Shown here one piece after another: positions 36,217-45,950 of a stretch of 48,089 bases of DNA. Source of the stretch: a virus (taxonomy: Duplodnaviria > Heunggongvirae > Uroviricota > Caudoviricetes). Under the pieces are notes generated by a model that had not been told where the DNA came from, searched no databases, and saw only the letters and a program-made list of their open reading frames with translations. The DNA lies in IMG/VR virus record IMGVR_UViG_2648501149_000023; one strand, given 5' to 3'. The position numbers and the translations under genes are program-made. The number at the start of each line of letters is the position of its first letter. The stretch's first letter is position 1.

Positions 36217-38382
36217 ATGACAGATTCGATAAATGCCAATGTTGTAGTGAGTATGCCTTCGCAACTCTTCACTATGGCGCGTTCTTTTAAAGCCGTAGCC
36301 AATGGTAAAATTTATATCGGTAAAATTGACACTGACCCGGTAAACCCTGAAAACCAGATTCAGGTTTATATAGAGAACGAAGACGGCTCTCACGTTCCTG
36401 TTTCGCAACCAATCATCATTAACGCTGCTGGTTATCCGGTATATAACGGACAAATTGCCAAATTCGTTACTGTACAGGGCCATTCTATGGCTGTTTATGA
36501 TGCATACGGTGCGCAGCAGTTTTATTTCCCTAATGTGTTGAAGTATGAGCCGGATCAATTAAGGTTGGAGCTTGAATCATCTGGTGGAGCAGGATTGATA
36601 GGTGGTGTTTCGAAGCCTATTACTTTTTTTGGTGCTATTGGTGATGGATTAACAAACAATACGCAGGCATTTAACGATGCAGAGATATTAGAATTCAATG
36701 ACATCTACATTCCTGATGGTGTTTATAATGTAAATAATATTAACTTAAATAAGAGATATTGGGGGCCTGGCATAGTAGTGATTAATTACCAGACTGAATA
36801 TTCTGGCTCTGGTGTTAACGACATGACCGTGTCAGGAATATACAATGGACAGCAAGATCTAAATGCAATTGTAAGAATAAAAGAAGCTTCAAATCCTGAT
36901 AAGCTTGAATTCAGTACAGATAATGGAGTTACATGGCATGACACGATAGACGTGTACAATCCAATCGATGACAGTGTATCTCCGCAACCAATCGTAATAC
37001 TTGCAGGCGGGGTGGATTTTTTCGTGAGTGGATTGAAGATAAACTTTTCTTCAACCACTGGACATACAGTAAATGACTCATGGTCATTTTTCATTCCTTC
37101 CAATCCATCAGTAATAAACACGGGAAGTGGCAGCATCGTTAAATCAGGAAGCGTTATTTTTAATGTTAGCGGAAACAATGATACTAATACTTCCGCTGGA
37201 AAAGACTCATTAGGCGGTGGAAACGTAGGAGCTAACAATACCGCATATGGGTGGAAGAGTTTGCACTCAAACACTACAGGATACGCAAATACCGCGTCTG
37301 GGATTCAGTCTATGGAAAACAATAAGACTGGTAAAAACAATTGTGCATACGGTGCTGATTCTCTAAGAGCTAACGTATCTGGTTCTGATAACGTAGCGGT
37401 TGGGGTCTTTGCGTCCGGAGCAAACACAACCGGGTACGGTAACACTGGACTTGGTAACGATGCCAATAGGTACAATGAAACAGGATTCGGAAATACCGCA
37501 GCGGGTGTGCAGGCACTGTACCACAACAAGGCCGGTAATGAGAACACAGCTTTCGGTGAATACGCATTACGCGGAGGAAATTCCAGCCTACCTACGGGAA
37601 CATCCATTCAGTATTCCGTCGCTGTAGGAGCTAAAGCCGGTTTCAACGCGTTAGGTAATAATAATACAGCTATAGGTTACGAGGCGCTATATTCTGCATC
37701 AGGATCTGATAATGTTGGTATTGGATTCGATGCAGGGTTTAAAGTAACGGCTGGTGCTTTCAATGTATTTTTAGGTTCTAATTCTGGTAACGGGTCAGAG
37801 CAGGCTACAGATGTGACAAACTGCGTCCTTATCGGAGATAATACAAAATCAACCGGAAGTAACGCAGTAGCTATCGGTAGTGGGGTAATTGCCGCTCAGA
37901 ATACTGTAGCTATAGGTAATAGTGAGCATGAATTATTCTTGCATTATGGGAAATTTATACCACAAATTGATAATGCTTTTGATATTGGTGGGCCGGATGC
38001 GAGATATAAAACAATATATGCAACTACAGGAATGATAAATACATCAAATGAAATGTTGAAAACAAAACTAACAGACATTGATGTTGCTGAAAAAAAAGCT
38101 GCACTAGAAATAAAAGATAATATTAAAAAGTTTAAGATGCTGGATTCTGTTGAGGTAAAGGGATTTGATGGTGCTAGGTGGCATTTTGGTGTTGGAGCTC
38201 AAACTGTTGGTAATATAATGAGGAAGCACGGACTTGATCCTAGTAAGTATGGGTTTTGGTGTCACGATAAAACGCATCGCGAACACATGACTGGAAATAT
38301 AGATATCTTTTGTGAAAGTTATGGTATAAGATATGACGAACTTGCAATGTTTATATTGGCATCAATATCTTTATGTGAATAA
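36217..38382 (+). CDS. Tailspike protein (P22 gp9-type head-binding domain, distinct receptor-binding domain)
   Basis: Residues 1 to about 110 ([60 protein letters not shown]...[13 protein letters not shown]...NVLKYEPDQ) match the P22 gp9 N-terminus (recall); the rest is N/G/T-rich repeat sequence (GNTxxG...); C-terminal SNEMLKTKL... segment could be an intramolecular chaperone module. Confidence 0.85.
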   Translation: MTDSINANVVVSMPSQLFTMARSFKAVANGKIYIGKIDTDPVNPENQIQVYIENEDGSHVPVSQPIIINAAGYPVYNGQIAKFVTVQGHSMAVYDAYGAQQFYFPNVLKYEPDQLRLELESSGGAGLIGGVSKPITFFGAIGDGLTNNTQAFNDAEILEFNDIYIPDGVYNVNNINLNKRYWGPGIVVINYQTEYSGSGVNDMTVSGIYNGQQDLNAIVRIKEASNPDKLEFSTDNGVTWHDTIDVYNPIDDSVSPQPIVILAGGVDFFVSGLKINFSSTTGHTVNDSWSFFIPSNPSVINTGSGSIVKSGSVIFNVSGNNDTNTSAGKDSLGGGNVGANNTAYGWKSLHSNTTGYANTASGIQSMENNKTGKNNCAYGADSLRANVSGSDNVAVGVFASGANTTGYGNTGLGNDANRYNETGFGNTAAGVQALYHNKAGNENTAFGEYALRGGNSSLPTGTSIQYSVAVGAKAGFNALGNNNTAIGYEALYSASGSDNVGIGFDAGFKVTAGAFNVFLGSNSGNGSEQATDVTNCVLIGDNTKSTGSNAVAIGSGVIAAQNTVAIGNSEHELFLHYGKFIPQIDNAFDIGGPDARYKTIYATTGMINTSNEMLKTKLTDIDVAEKKAALEIKDNIKKFKMLDSVEVKGFDGARWHFGVGAQTVGNIMRKHGLDPSKYGFWCHDKTHREHMTGNIDIFCESYGIRYDELAMFILASISLCE

Positions 38383-38408
38383 ACTTTGTAAATGAAGTGA
38401 ATTGCAAA

Positions 38409-38478
38409 TCCTTGTACTTGATTGCAAGGCTTTGTGCTCTTCGATAATGGTTAAGGTGGATCACTCCACCTTTTCATC
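38409..38478 (+). terminator. Two hairpins downstream of the tailspike gene (candidate late-operon terminators)
   Basis: CCTTGtacttgattgCAAGG followed by CTTTGTGCTCTT, then GGTGGAtcactCCACC followed by TTTTCATC. Confidence 0.45.
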
Positions 38479-39105
38479 AATCCAGTCCGCCCACCACTGC
38501 ATCATTTCTCTGCGCTTAACGTAGCGGATGCCTCACTATCACACGGTGATAGTCCATTGCTGCTTTGAAGAATGGATAGAGAACTGAGGATAAAAAGATA
38601 TCCCAAAACCCAAAATCTCATCTTTAGGATTTGCAGAAAGGTAGGCGTGAACAAATACCTGCGCATGAAAACGGAACTAGTCCAGATGTGATGTTTGTGG
38701 TGATCACATACATCATTAACGATGCTCGTTATGGTGAGTTTGATGACTACCCGCTGAAGTGAAAATTGTGTTGTGTACCAAATTGCGTACCAAACTAAAA
38801 TCACAAATCATGAAACCCTTGTTCATGGCGGTTCTTAGGGGTGTTGCGCGTAATCGTGAAACAAAAAGGTAGATTGTTGCTTACCGTCATTCATCATTAG
38901 GTTAAATCCGTTATTTCTGCTGTCTGCCAGAGTATCAAATATCACCGTGCTAATCAGCTTTAGCGCGACAATTTGGCAGCGAGTGGCAACAGATCATGTC
39001 AGATAAAAATGAGGTAGTAGTCACATTTTCTTGCACTTTATTCCAGCCAGTTCATAAGTATTTCCGTAAAAAGAACAGCTATTTGAAACACCTGAGGGTT
39101 TGCTG

Positions 39106-40272
39106 TTGAAACGCCGTCTTATTATTGCTGCTTCTTTGTTCGTTTTTAATTTATCGTCTGGTTTTGCGGCGGAAAACATTCCTTTTTCACCTCAGCCTCC
39201 AGAGATTCATGCCGGGTCCTGGGTATTGATGGATTACACCACCGGTCAGATTCTCACCGCGGGTAATGAGCATCAACAGCGCAATCCCGCCAGCCTGACA
39301 AAGCTGATGACGGGCTATGTCGTGGATCGTGCTATCGATAGTCATCGCATTACGCCAGACGATATTGTCACCGTGGGGCGCGATGCGTGGGCGAAAGATA
39401 ATCCGGTGTTTGTCGGTTCTTCACTGATGTTTCTGAAAGAGGGCGATCGCGTATCGGTACGTGATTTAAGCCGTGGTTTAATTGTGGATTCCGGAAATGA
39501 CGCTTGTGTTGCTCTGGCTGACTATATTGCCGGTGGGCAACGGCAGTTTGTTGAAATGATGAACAACTATGCCGAGAAGCTGCATCTCAAGGATACGCAT
39601 TTTGAAACAGTGCATGGTCTGGATGCACCTGGCCAGCATAGCTCGGCTTATGATTTAGCTGTGCTTTCTCGCGCTATCATCCACGGCGAGCCCGAGTTTT
39701 ATCATATGTACAGTGAGAAAAGCCTCACCTGGAACGGTATCACTCAGCAAAACCGTAACGGGTTATTGTGGGATAAAACCATGAATGTTGACGGCCTGAA
39801 AACGGGTCATACTTCTGGTGCCGGGTTTAATCTCATTGCTTCGGCTGTGGATGGGCAGCGTCGTCTCATTGCAGTGGTAATGGGGGCTGACAGTGCAAAA
39901 GGTCGTGAGGAAGAGGCAAGAAAATTACTGCGTTGGGGGCAACAAAACTTTACTACGGTGCAAATTTTGCACCGTGGGAAAAAGGTCGGAACGGAACGCA
40001 TCTGGTATGGCGATAAAGAAAATATCGCCCTGGGAACGGAACAAGAGTTCTGGATGGTGCTACCGAAAGCCGAAATTCCACATATCAAAGCCAAATATAC
40101 CCTTGATGGTAAAGAACTCACCGCGCCAATTAGCGCCCATCAGCGGGTAGGGGAAATTGAACTTTATGACCGTGATAAACAGGTGGCGCACTGGCCGCTG
40201 GTTACCCTGGAATCTGTCGGGGAAGGCAGCATGTTTTCCCGGCTGAGTGATTATTTCCACCATAAGGCCTGA
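39106..40272 (+). CDS. dacD: D-alanyl-D-alanine carboxypeptidase DacD (PBP6b)
   Basis: MKRRLIIAASLFVFNLSSGFAAENIPFSPQPPEIHAGSWVLMDYTTGQILTAGNEHQQRNPASLTKLMTGY... with the SxxK motif; TTG start at 39106 after GAGGG (the ORF track starts at an upstream TTG, 39100). Confidence 0.9.
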   Translation: MKRRLIIAASLFVFNLSSGFAAENIPFSPQPPEIHAGSWVLMDYTTGQILTAGNEHQQRNPASLTKLMTGYVVDRAIDSHRITPDDIVTVGRDAWAKDNPVFVGSSLMFLKEGDRVSVRDLSRGLIVDSGNDACVALADYIAGGQRQFVEMMNNYAEKLHLKDTHFETVHGLDAPGQHSSAYDLAVLSRAIIHGEPEFYHMYSEKSLTWNGITQQNRNGLLWDKTMNVDGLKTGHTSGAGFNLIASAVDGQRRLIAVVMGADSAKGREEEARKLLRWGQQNFTTVQILHRGKKVGTERIWYGDKENIALGTEQEFWMVLPKAEIPHIKAKYTLDGKELTAPISAHQRVGEIELYDRDKQVAHWPLVTLESVGEGSMFSRLSDYFHHKA

Positions 40273-40358
40273 CCTTTCTTTTGCAGCAGACTGGCAGGAG
40301 TGCGAGTCTGCTCGCATAATCAACACTCATTCCTTGTGGTTTTAATATTGCAACTATA

Positions 40359-40374
40359 CTGTATATAAAAACAG
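40359..40374 (+). promoter_or_regulatory. LexA (SOS) box upstream of sbmC
   Basis: CTGTATATAAAAACAG fits the CTGT-N8-ACAG LexA consensus, about 20 bp upstream of the sbmC start. Confidence 0.7.
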
Positions 40375-40390
40375 TGTTAGTGGAGGCGTT

Positions 40391-40864
40391 ATGAACTACG
40401 AGATTAAGCAGGAAGATAAACGTACCGTTGCAGGTTTCCATCTTGTTGGCCCGTGGGAGCAGACGGTAAAGAAAGGTTTTGAGCAGTTGATGATGTGGAT
40501 AGATAGCAAAAATATTGTGCCGAAGGAGTGGGTTGCTGTCTATTACGACAATCCGGATGAAACACCCGCCGAAAAATTACGCTGCGACACCGTCGTGACG
40601 GTACCGAATAACTTTACGCTCCCCGAAAACAGTGAGGGCGTCATTCTGACAGAAATTTCAGGTGGTCAGTATGCGGTGGCGGTGGCTCGTGTAGTCGGTG
40701 ATGATTTTGCTAAACCCTGGTATCAGTTCTTTAATAGCCTCTTGCAGGACAGTGCCTATGAAATGTTACCAAAGCCCTGCTTCGAGGTTTACTTGAACAA
40801 TGGCGCGGAAGATGGGTACTGGGATATCGAAATGTATGTTGCGGTGCAGCCAAAACATCACTAA
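40391..40864 (+). CDS. sbmC: DNA gyrase inhibitor SbmC (GyrI)
   Basis: 157-aa product [47 protein letters not shown]... matches E. coli SbmC (recall). Confidence 0.95.
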   Translation: MNYEIKQEDKRTVAGFHLVGPWEQTVKKGFEQLMMWIDSKNIVPKEWVAVYYDNPDETPAEKLRCDTVVTVPNNFTLPENSEGVILTEISGGQYAVAVARVVGDDFAKPWYQFFNSLLQDSAYEMLPKPCFEVYLNNGAEDGYWDIEMYVAVQPKHH

Positions 40865-41061
40865 TTCATCTCAGGGCGGTGTGTTGACGCGAAGACCACT
40901 CTTTTTTTGAAAGTGAAAAGAGTAAGATGCGCCTTTCAATTTTTTCGCTCCTGCCGGGAAATTACACTGTTCCCGGTTTGTCCGTCGGATAATTCAGAGG
41001 CGCGCCTTCTGGCCGACAGATGAGTTATGAGCGCTTTTAATCTTCATTACGGAGTTTCTGT

Positions 41062-42120
41062 GTGCGTGCCGATAAGTCATTAAGCCCGTTTGAAATCTGG
41101 GTATACCGCCATTACCGCATTGTGCATGGTACTCGGGTCGCGCTGGCATTCCTGCTCACTTTTCTCATTATCCGCCTGTTTACTATCCCGGAAAGCACCT
41201 GGCCGCTGGTCACCATGGTGGTGATTATGGGGCCAATCTCGTTCTGGGGGAACGTTGTCCCTCGTGCCTTCGAACGTATTGGCGGTACGGTGTTGGGTTC
41301 GATTTTAGGTCTTATCGCTCTGCAACTGGAGTTAATTTCGTTACCGCTGATGTTAGTCTGGTGCGCGGCGGCGATGTTTCTTTGCGGTTGGCTGGCGCTG
41401 GGCAAGAAACCGTATCAAGGATTATTGATTGGGGTGACGCTGGCAATTGTTGTGGGTTCCCCGACAGGTGAAATTGATACGGCGTTATGGCGAAGCGGCG
41501 ATGTGATCCTCGGCTCTTTACTGGCAATGTTGTTTACCGGTATCTGGCCACAACGCGCGTTCATCCACTGGCGCATTCAACTGGCGAAAAGTCTGACCGA
41601 GTATAATCGGGTCTATCAATCGGCATTCTCACCGAACTTACTCGAACGCCCACGTCTGGAAAGCCATCTACAAAAACTGCTGACCGATGCCGTGAAAATG
41701 CGTGGGCTGATTGCGCCCGCCAGCAAAGAAACCCGTATTCCAAAATCGATATATGAAGGTATCCAGACCATTAATCGCAATCTGGTTTGTATGCTGGAGT
41801 TGCAAATCAATGCATACTGGGCCACGCGCCCCAGCCATTTCGTGTTATTGAACGCGCAAAAACTTCGTGATACCCAGCACATGATGCAGCAAATACTGCT
41901 GAGCCTTGTTCATGCGCTGTACGAAGGTAATCCGCAGCCGGTTTTTGCCAATACGGAAAAATTGAACGATGCTGTGGAAGAGCTGCGTCAGTTGCTGAAT
42001 AACCACCATGACCTGAAGGTTGTGGAAACACCAATCTATGGTTATGTGTGGCTGAACATGGAAACGGCACATCAGCTTGAGTTGCTATCGAGTCTGATTT
42101 GCCGGGCCTTGCGCAAATAA
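41062..42120 (+). CDS. yeeA: Inner membrane protein YeeA
   Basis: 352-aa product MRADKSLSPFEIWVYRHYRIVHGTRVALAFLLTFLIIRLF... ; GTG start after GGAG; matches E. coli YeeA (recall). Confidence 0.9.
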   Translation: MRADKSLSPFEIWVYRHYRIVHGTRVALAFLLTFLIIRLFTIPESTWPLVTMVVIMGPISFWGNVVPRAFERIGGTVLGSILGLIALQLELISLPLMLVWCAAAMFLCGWLALGKKPYQGLLIGVTLAIVVGSPTGEIDTALWRSGDVILGSLLAMLFTGIWPQRAFIHWRIQLAKSLTEYNRVYQSAFSPNLLERPRLESHLQKLLTDAVKMRGLIAPASKETRIPKSIYEGIQTINRNLVCMLELQINAYWATRPSHFVLLNAQKLRDTQHMMQQILLSLVHALYEGNPQPVFANTEKLNDAVEELRQLLNNHHDLKVVETPIYGYVWLNMETAHQLELLSSLICRALRK

Positions 42121-42291
42121 TTCCTGAACTTCAGAATCATCTTGCTGCTGCTTCGATTCAGCAAGGATAAAGGGTATGATAGTGAAAAGGGATAAAAGCA
42201 TTGTCATCTGCGGCAGCTATGAGTAATGTTGGCCCTAACGAATAGCGGTTGCTTAAACGAATCCGACTCTCACATTATCAGGGGTATAAAA

Positions 42292-42621
42292 ATGGAAACT
42301 ACCAAGCCTTCATTCCAGGACGTACTGGAATTTGTTCGTCTGTTCCGTCGTAAGAACAAACTGCAACGTGAAATTCAGGACGTTGAGAAAAAGATCCGTG
42401 ACAACCAGAAGCGCGTCCTGTTGCTGGACAACCTGAGCGATTACATCAAGCCAGGGATGAGCGTTGAAGCAATCCAGGGCATCATCGCCAGCATGAAAGG
42501 TGACTATGAAGATCGCGTTGACGATTACATCATCAAAAATGCCGAGCTCTCCAAAGAACGCCGCGATATCTCCAAAAAGCTGAAAGCTATGGGCGAAATG
42601 AAAAACGGCGAAGCGAAGTAA
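42292..42621 (+). CDS. yeeX: YeeX (DUF496 / UPF0265 protein)
   Basis: [57 protein letters not shown]...; ATG at 42292; the ORF track extends upstream to 42226. Confidence 0.9.
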   Translation: METTKPSFQDVLEFVRLFRRKNKLQREIQDVEKKIRDNQKRVLLLDNLSDYIKPGMSVEAIQGIIASMKGDYEDRVDDYIIKNAELSKERRDISKKLKAMGEMKNGEAK

Positions 42622-42721
42622 TTCCTGTTTTATTCAATGAGGGTTGCCCGGCAACCCTCAGTGCTCATTGATTCTTATCTGTGTATCACCGTCATCATTC
42701 TCATCTGAGAACCTATCGAAA

Positions 42722-42904
42722 TTAGCGACAGCCTTCTTCTGTATGCAGCAAGGCAAAAAGTTCTGTAACTCCATTGTTATTAACCGCACTGGTTACTAAC
42801 ACGTTGTGCGCTCCAGCTTCCCGTAACCAACATTTCACCAAAGATGTTTGTTCCATACTGGCTAAATCTGCTTTGGTTACTACTCCAATGACCGGGTGAT
42901 TCAT
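42722..42904 (-). pseudogene. yoeF: Truncated EutP/PduV-like GTPase C-terminal fragment (yoeF-like)
   Basis: ...NHPVIGVVTKADLASMEQTSLVKCWLREAGAHNVLVTSAVNNNGVTELFALLHTEEGCR resembles the C-terminus of EutP-family proteins; the upstream part of the ORF (to 43078) is antisense to the IS66-like fragment and is not genuine coding sequence. Confidence 0.5.
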
Positions 42905-43131
42905 GGCCCGGTAGGGCGTTTTTACCTCTAATTCCTGCTTCAGCGCTGAGATTCCTGCTTGTTGCCGGAAAAGCAGGCACCTGCCGTCTGAACGGTATCG
43001 ATCCGGAAGCGTATCTGCGCCATATTCTGAGCATACTGCCGGAATGGCCCTCCAACCGTGTTGACGAACTCCTGCCATGGAACGTAGTTCTCACCAATAA
43101 ATAAGCGTCAATACGGTGCTCCGTTGACGCT
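42905..43131 (+). mobile_element. IS66-family element remnant (3' end of transposase ORF plus terminal inverted repeat)
   Basis: Plus-frame translation ...GKAGTCRLNGIDPEAYLRHILSILPEWPSNRVDELLPWNVVLTNK* resembles IS66 transposase C-termini; followed by AGCGTCAATACGGTGCTCCGTTGACGCTTAC, ending in a GTAAGCG-type terminus on the opposite strand. Left boundary is approximate. Confidence 0.5.
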
Positions 43132-43518
43132 TACTTTAATCCGTTTTCTGAGCTTAGATTTTTCTGTTCCTACCCAGACCGTGGATTTGGAATTCATTTT
43201 TTGTCAGGTCAATGCTAATCGTTAAAACGGCCATAACGCACCTCCACTGGAAGGTTTATCAGTAATATCCTACCGTTGCTTCATGGTCGGGGCGTCCATT
43301 CCATTATTATCGGTTTTCCTTTCTGTTTATAAATGAAAACGCCAGCTGTATTCAGGCTGGCGTCAGGGGAAATGAAGCCTGTTGAGTGAGATTCACCGGT
43401 TCTGGTGCAGAAGCTGCAGATGGCGCAGGGTAAGGACATCTTCTCTTGCCTGCTTAATACAGGACAACAGTGCTGTTTCTGTGGTTAATGGCACTATACC
43501 CTGCATCACTGCATTGTC

Positions 43519-43713
43519 TTACAGCAACTGGTGAGGGCTGGCATAAGTTGCCGGTGTTTCGGTAGAGTCACGGTCATCCACCACGCGGAGTGAATAACCG
43601 TTTTCAGCGGCCTTATTAATCAGCTCAGTGATATTAACACCATCAATGTCAACGACAATGTGCCCCATATCCAGCGCCTGTACGTTAACGCTGTCGGCTT
43701 CCAGTGTCATCAT
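43519..43713 (-). CDS. yeeW: YeeW (CP4-44-type small protein)
   Basis: MMTLEADSVNVQALDMGHIVVDIDGVNITELINKAAENGYSLRVVDDRDSTETPATYASPHQLL; its ATG overlaps the cbtA-frame stop (ATGA). Confidence 0.7.
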   Translation of the reverse strand: MMTLEADSVNVQALDMGHIVVDIDGVNITELINKAAENGYSLRVVDDRDSTETPATYASPHQLL

Positions 43714-44083
43714 TTCGCCTCCGGATACTTACCCAGGGTAATGTTATTTACCGTTCTGTAATTGTCGCGGGTCATCAGGCCGGTCGCCCTGCGAGCCCGG
43801 AGGATATCGATGCTGTTTATTAACTGAGAGCGGGTACAGGCGCTGAATCCCGGCTGGTCGGTAGCACCAGCGCGTATTTTTCCACGAGAAAGTTCACCGC
43901 ATCACACAGTGAAATGCCTGCCTCAATATGCTGCTCAATCACACGTTCATCGGCAAAAGGTGTGTCATTCTGTGTGAGGCCATAGTGCTGGTCCAGCAGT
44001 CGGGACAGCAGTATCTGCCAGATTTCAACAGGAGACGGGCGAGAACTGGCCGCCTGCCCGGGTAATACAGGTAATGTTTTCAT
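43710..44083 (-). pseudogene. cbtA: cbtA (yeeV) toxin gene disrupted by a frameshift
   Basis: N-terminal 71 codons ([73 protein letters not shown]) then frame change near 43858-43868; the remaining CbtA-like sequence ([49 protein letters not shown]) continues in the -1 frame to 43710. Confidence 0.75.
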
Positions 44084-44171
44084 ACTGAAGATTTTCCTGA
44101 TATGCAGATATAAAAATGGAAAAGTGGCGTGGTGAAAACACCAGGCCGTAGCAGAAGGCTATTCTGGAGAG

Positions 44172-44540
44172 TTAATTTTTCATTTCGGGCGTCGGATAAA
44201 CAGCCAGATAAACGTAACCACAACTGCTGAGGGTATCGGCTTTGCAGGTCAGCCCTTTTGCATACAGCGTGACGGTATGCTGATGGCGGGGATTCAGTTC
44301 ACCGCTGGTGAGCATGAGTTCCAGTTGTTTCATCAGCAGCGGAAAGGCCTGGTCCAGGTGGTACGCATCTGCATCGCTGAACAGGCCTCTGATACCGGCG
44401 CGGTCGGCAAGGTAATGCAACCGGTTACCCTCCTGCACCAGACGTGCCCCGAAACAGGGCGTCACGGTGCAGGGCAGCCCCCACCAGGGGCGGTCGTGAT
44501 TGTCGTCGGGAAGTGTTGTCCCGGGGAGTGTGTCTGACAC
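44172..44540 (-). CDS. cbeA: CbeA (YeeU) antitoxin
   Basis: 122-aa product MSDTLPGTTLPDDNHDRPWWGLPCTVTPCFGARLVQEGNRLHYLADRAGIRGLF... matches YeeU/CbeA (recall). Confidence 0.9.
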   Translation of the reverse strand: MSDTLPGTTLPDDNHDRPWWGLPCTVTPCFGARLVQEGNRLHYLADRAGIRGLFSDADAYHLDQAFPLLMKQLELMLTSGELNPRHQHTVTLYAKGLTCKADTLSSCGYVYLAVYPTPEMKN

Positions 44541-44613
44541 GATAAAATCCTTACAGAAAATCGGCTAAGAATGGTCCGGTAGTGGCGATAATTCTGCTCA
44601 TCAGAATTCCCAC

Positions 44614-44835
44614 TCAGTTCAGGGTGACGCTCATCAGCCGGACATACGGACCAAAACTGTCCTTACGGCGTTCAGCAAACACGGCCAGCACACCGGGAAT
44701 ATCCTGCACTTCACGACCGGTATACGCTTCAGCACTGCCGTGCCAGCGGTATTTACCGGTACAGAACGGAAAAAGACGGGATGTCGGATGTTGTTGGTGA
44801 ATACGCATGGCTTCACCACGGGTGATAATTTTCAT
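44614..44835 (-). CDS. yeeT: YeeT (DUF987)
   Basis: 73-aa product MKIITRGEAMRIHQQHPTSRLFPFCTGKYRWHGSAEAYTGREVQDIPGVLAVFAERRKD... Confidence 0.85.
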   Translation of the reverse strand: MKIITRGEAMRIHQQHPTSRLFPFCTGKYRWHGSAEAYTGREVQDIPGVLAVFAERRKDSFGPYVRLMSVTLN

Positions 44836-44897
44836 AATGGGATACCTCTGAAGACAGAAGATAAAAGTGAAAACAGGTGTGATGTGGTTGTGAAGGG

Positions 44898-45374
44898 TTA
44901 AAGCAGACTATGTTCGGCAAAGGAGAAAACCTGGTTGCCACCGACTATCAGATGGTCCGGCACCCGGATATCCACCAGGCCCAGTGCCTGTACCAGACGT
45001 TCGGTGATAAGCCGGTCTGCCTTACTGGGTGTGACTTCACCGGACGGGTGATTGTGTGCCAGTACCACGGCAGCGGCATTGTGGTACAGGGCGCGTTTAA
45101 TCACTTCCCGGGGATGGACTTCCGTGCGGTTGATGGTGCCGGTGAAGAGGGTTTCACCGGCAATCAGCTGATTCTGGTTGTTCAGATACAGCACCCGGAA
45201 TTCTTCACGCTCCAGTCCCGCCATGTTCAGAATCAGCCATTCCCGTGCTGCACGGGTGGAGGTGAAGGCCACGCCGGGTTCATGAAGATGGCGGTCCAGG
45301 GTTTTCAGGGCCCGTTGAATGAGGCTGCGCTCGCCGGGCGTCATCTCTCCGGGCAGAAAGGAAAGTTGTTGCAT
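44898..45374 (-). CDS. yeeS: RadC-like JAB-domain protein YeeS
   Basis: MQQLSFLPGEMTPGERSLIQRALKTLD...VVLAHNHPSGEVTPSKADRLIT... (JAMM H-x-H...S...D motif); ATG at 45374 with GGAGAG RBS. Confidence 0.85.
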   Translation of the reverse strand: MQQLSFLPGEMTPGERSLIQRALKTLDRHLHEPGVAFTSTRAAREWLILNMAGLEREEFRVLYLNNQNQLIAGETLFTGTINRTEVHPREVIKRALYHNAAAVVLAHNHPSGEVTPSKADRLITERLVQALGLVDIRVPDHLIVGGNQVFSFAEHSLL

Positions 45375-45389
45375 TGTGCTTCTCTCCAT

Positions 45390-45869
45390 TCAGTCGATGA
45401 TGCGCATAATGGCGCTGCATTCCGGATGCTGCAGGGCGTAATCCCGCAACCGGTAATAATGAACCGTCATGGCATAATTCTCCGTACGACAGGCATGATG
45501 ACTGTACGTCATCAGACAGGCGGTAATACCGGCGGCTTCCGGGCTCATTTCTGCGCGGTTACCGTTCATGGCATTGAACAGTACCCATGTTTCGTCATCA
45601 TCATCATCCGGTTCGGGTGCCATAAATGCCCCGCCGTTGTTCAGGGTGTACAGATTCCAGATACCACCGCAGTAGTCTTCGCACAGACGGTCCATCCAGC
45701 CGAAGACACGGGGCTCCAGGGTCACCCACTGTGGAATGAGGCCAAAATGCTGCGGCCAGAAGCTGATGCGCTGTTCATCAGGGACGAGGCTGGCAACCAA
45801 CTGAGGCGGATTATTCTCTGGTGTTGTAGCTGAATAAATTGTGGGGGTATTCTGAGAAACGGTTTTCAT
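45390..45869 (-). CDS. Antirestriction protein (ArdB/KlcA family)
   Basis: 159-aa ORF ...ISFWPQHFGLIPQWVTLEPRVFGWMDRLCEDYCGGIWNLYTLNNGGAFMAPE... matches YfjX/KlcA-type antirestriction proteins (recall). Confidence 0.8.
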   Translation of the reverse strand: MKTVSQNTPTIYSATTPENNPPQLVASLVPDEQRISFWPQHFGLIPQWVTLEPRVFGWMDRLCEDYCGGIWNLYTLNNGGAFMAPEPDDDDDETWVLFNAMNGNRAEMSPEAAGITACLMTYSHHACRTENYAMTVHYYRLRDYALQHPECSAIMRIID

Positions 45870-45950
45870 GAGATAACTCCTTAAATAACAAATAAATGTG
45901 TGTTTTTCAGGAACGAAAGCTGAATGATTCCCTCACTCAGGGAAACGGCA

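Noticed and set aside
36085-36558. N-terminal 158 codons of the 243-codon minus-strand ORF 35827..36558
   Set aside because: Only the last 85 codons resemble Mnt and have an RBS; the upstream part runs antisense across the tailspike start and promoter region.
38502-38804. 100-codon minus-strand ORF in the prophage-host junction
   Set aside because: Trp/Tyr/Ile-rich atypical translation, no RBS, and it lies in an interval full of hairpins; more likely non-coding.
42780-43097. 105-codon minus-strand ORF overlapping the IS66-like fragment
   Set aside because: It is antisense to a recognisable IS66 transposase C-terminal frame; regarded as a by-product of the remnant.
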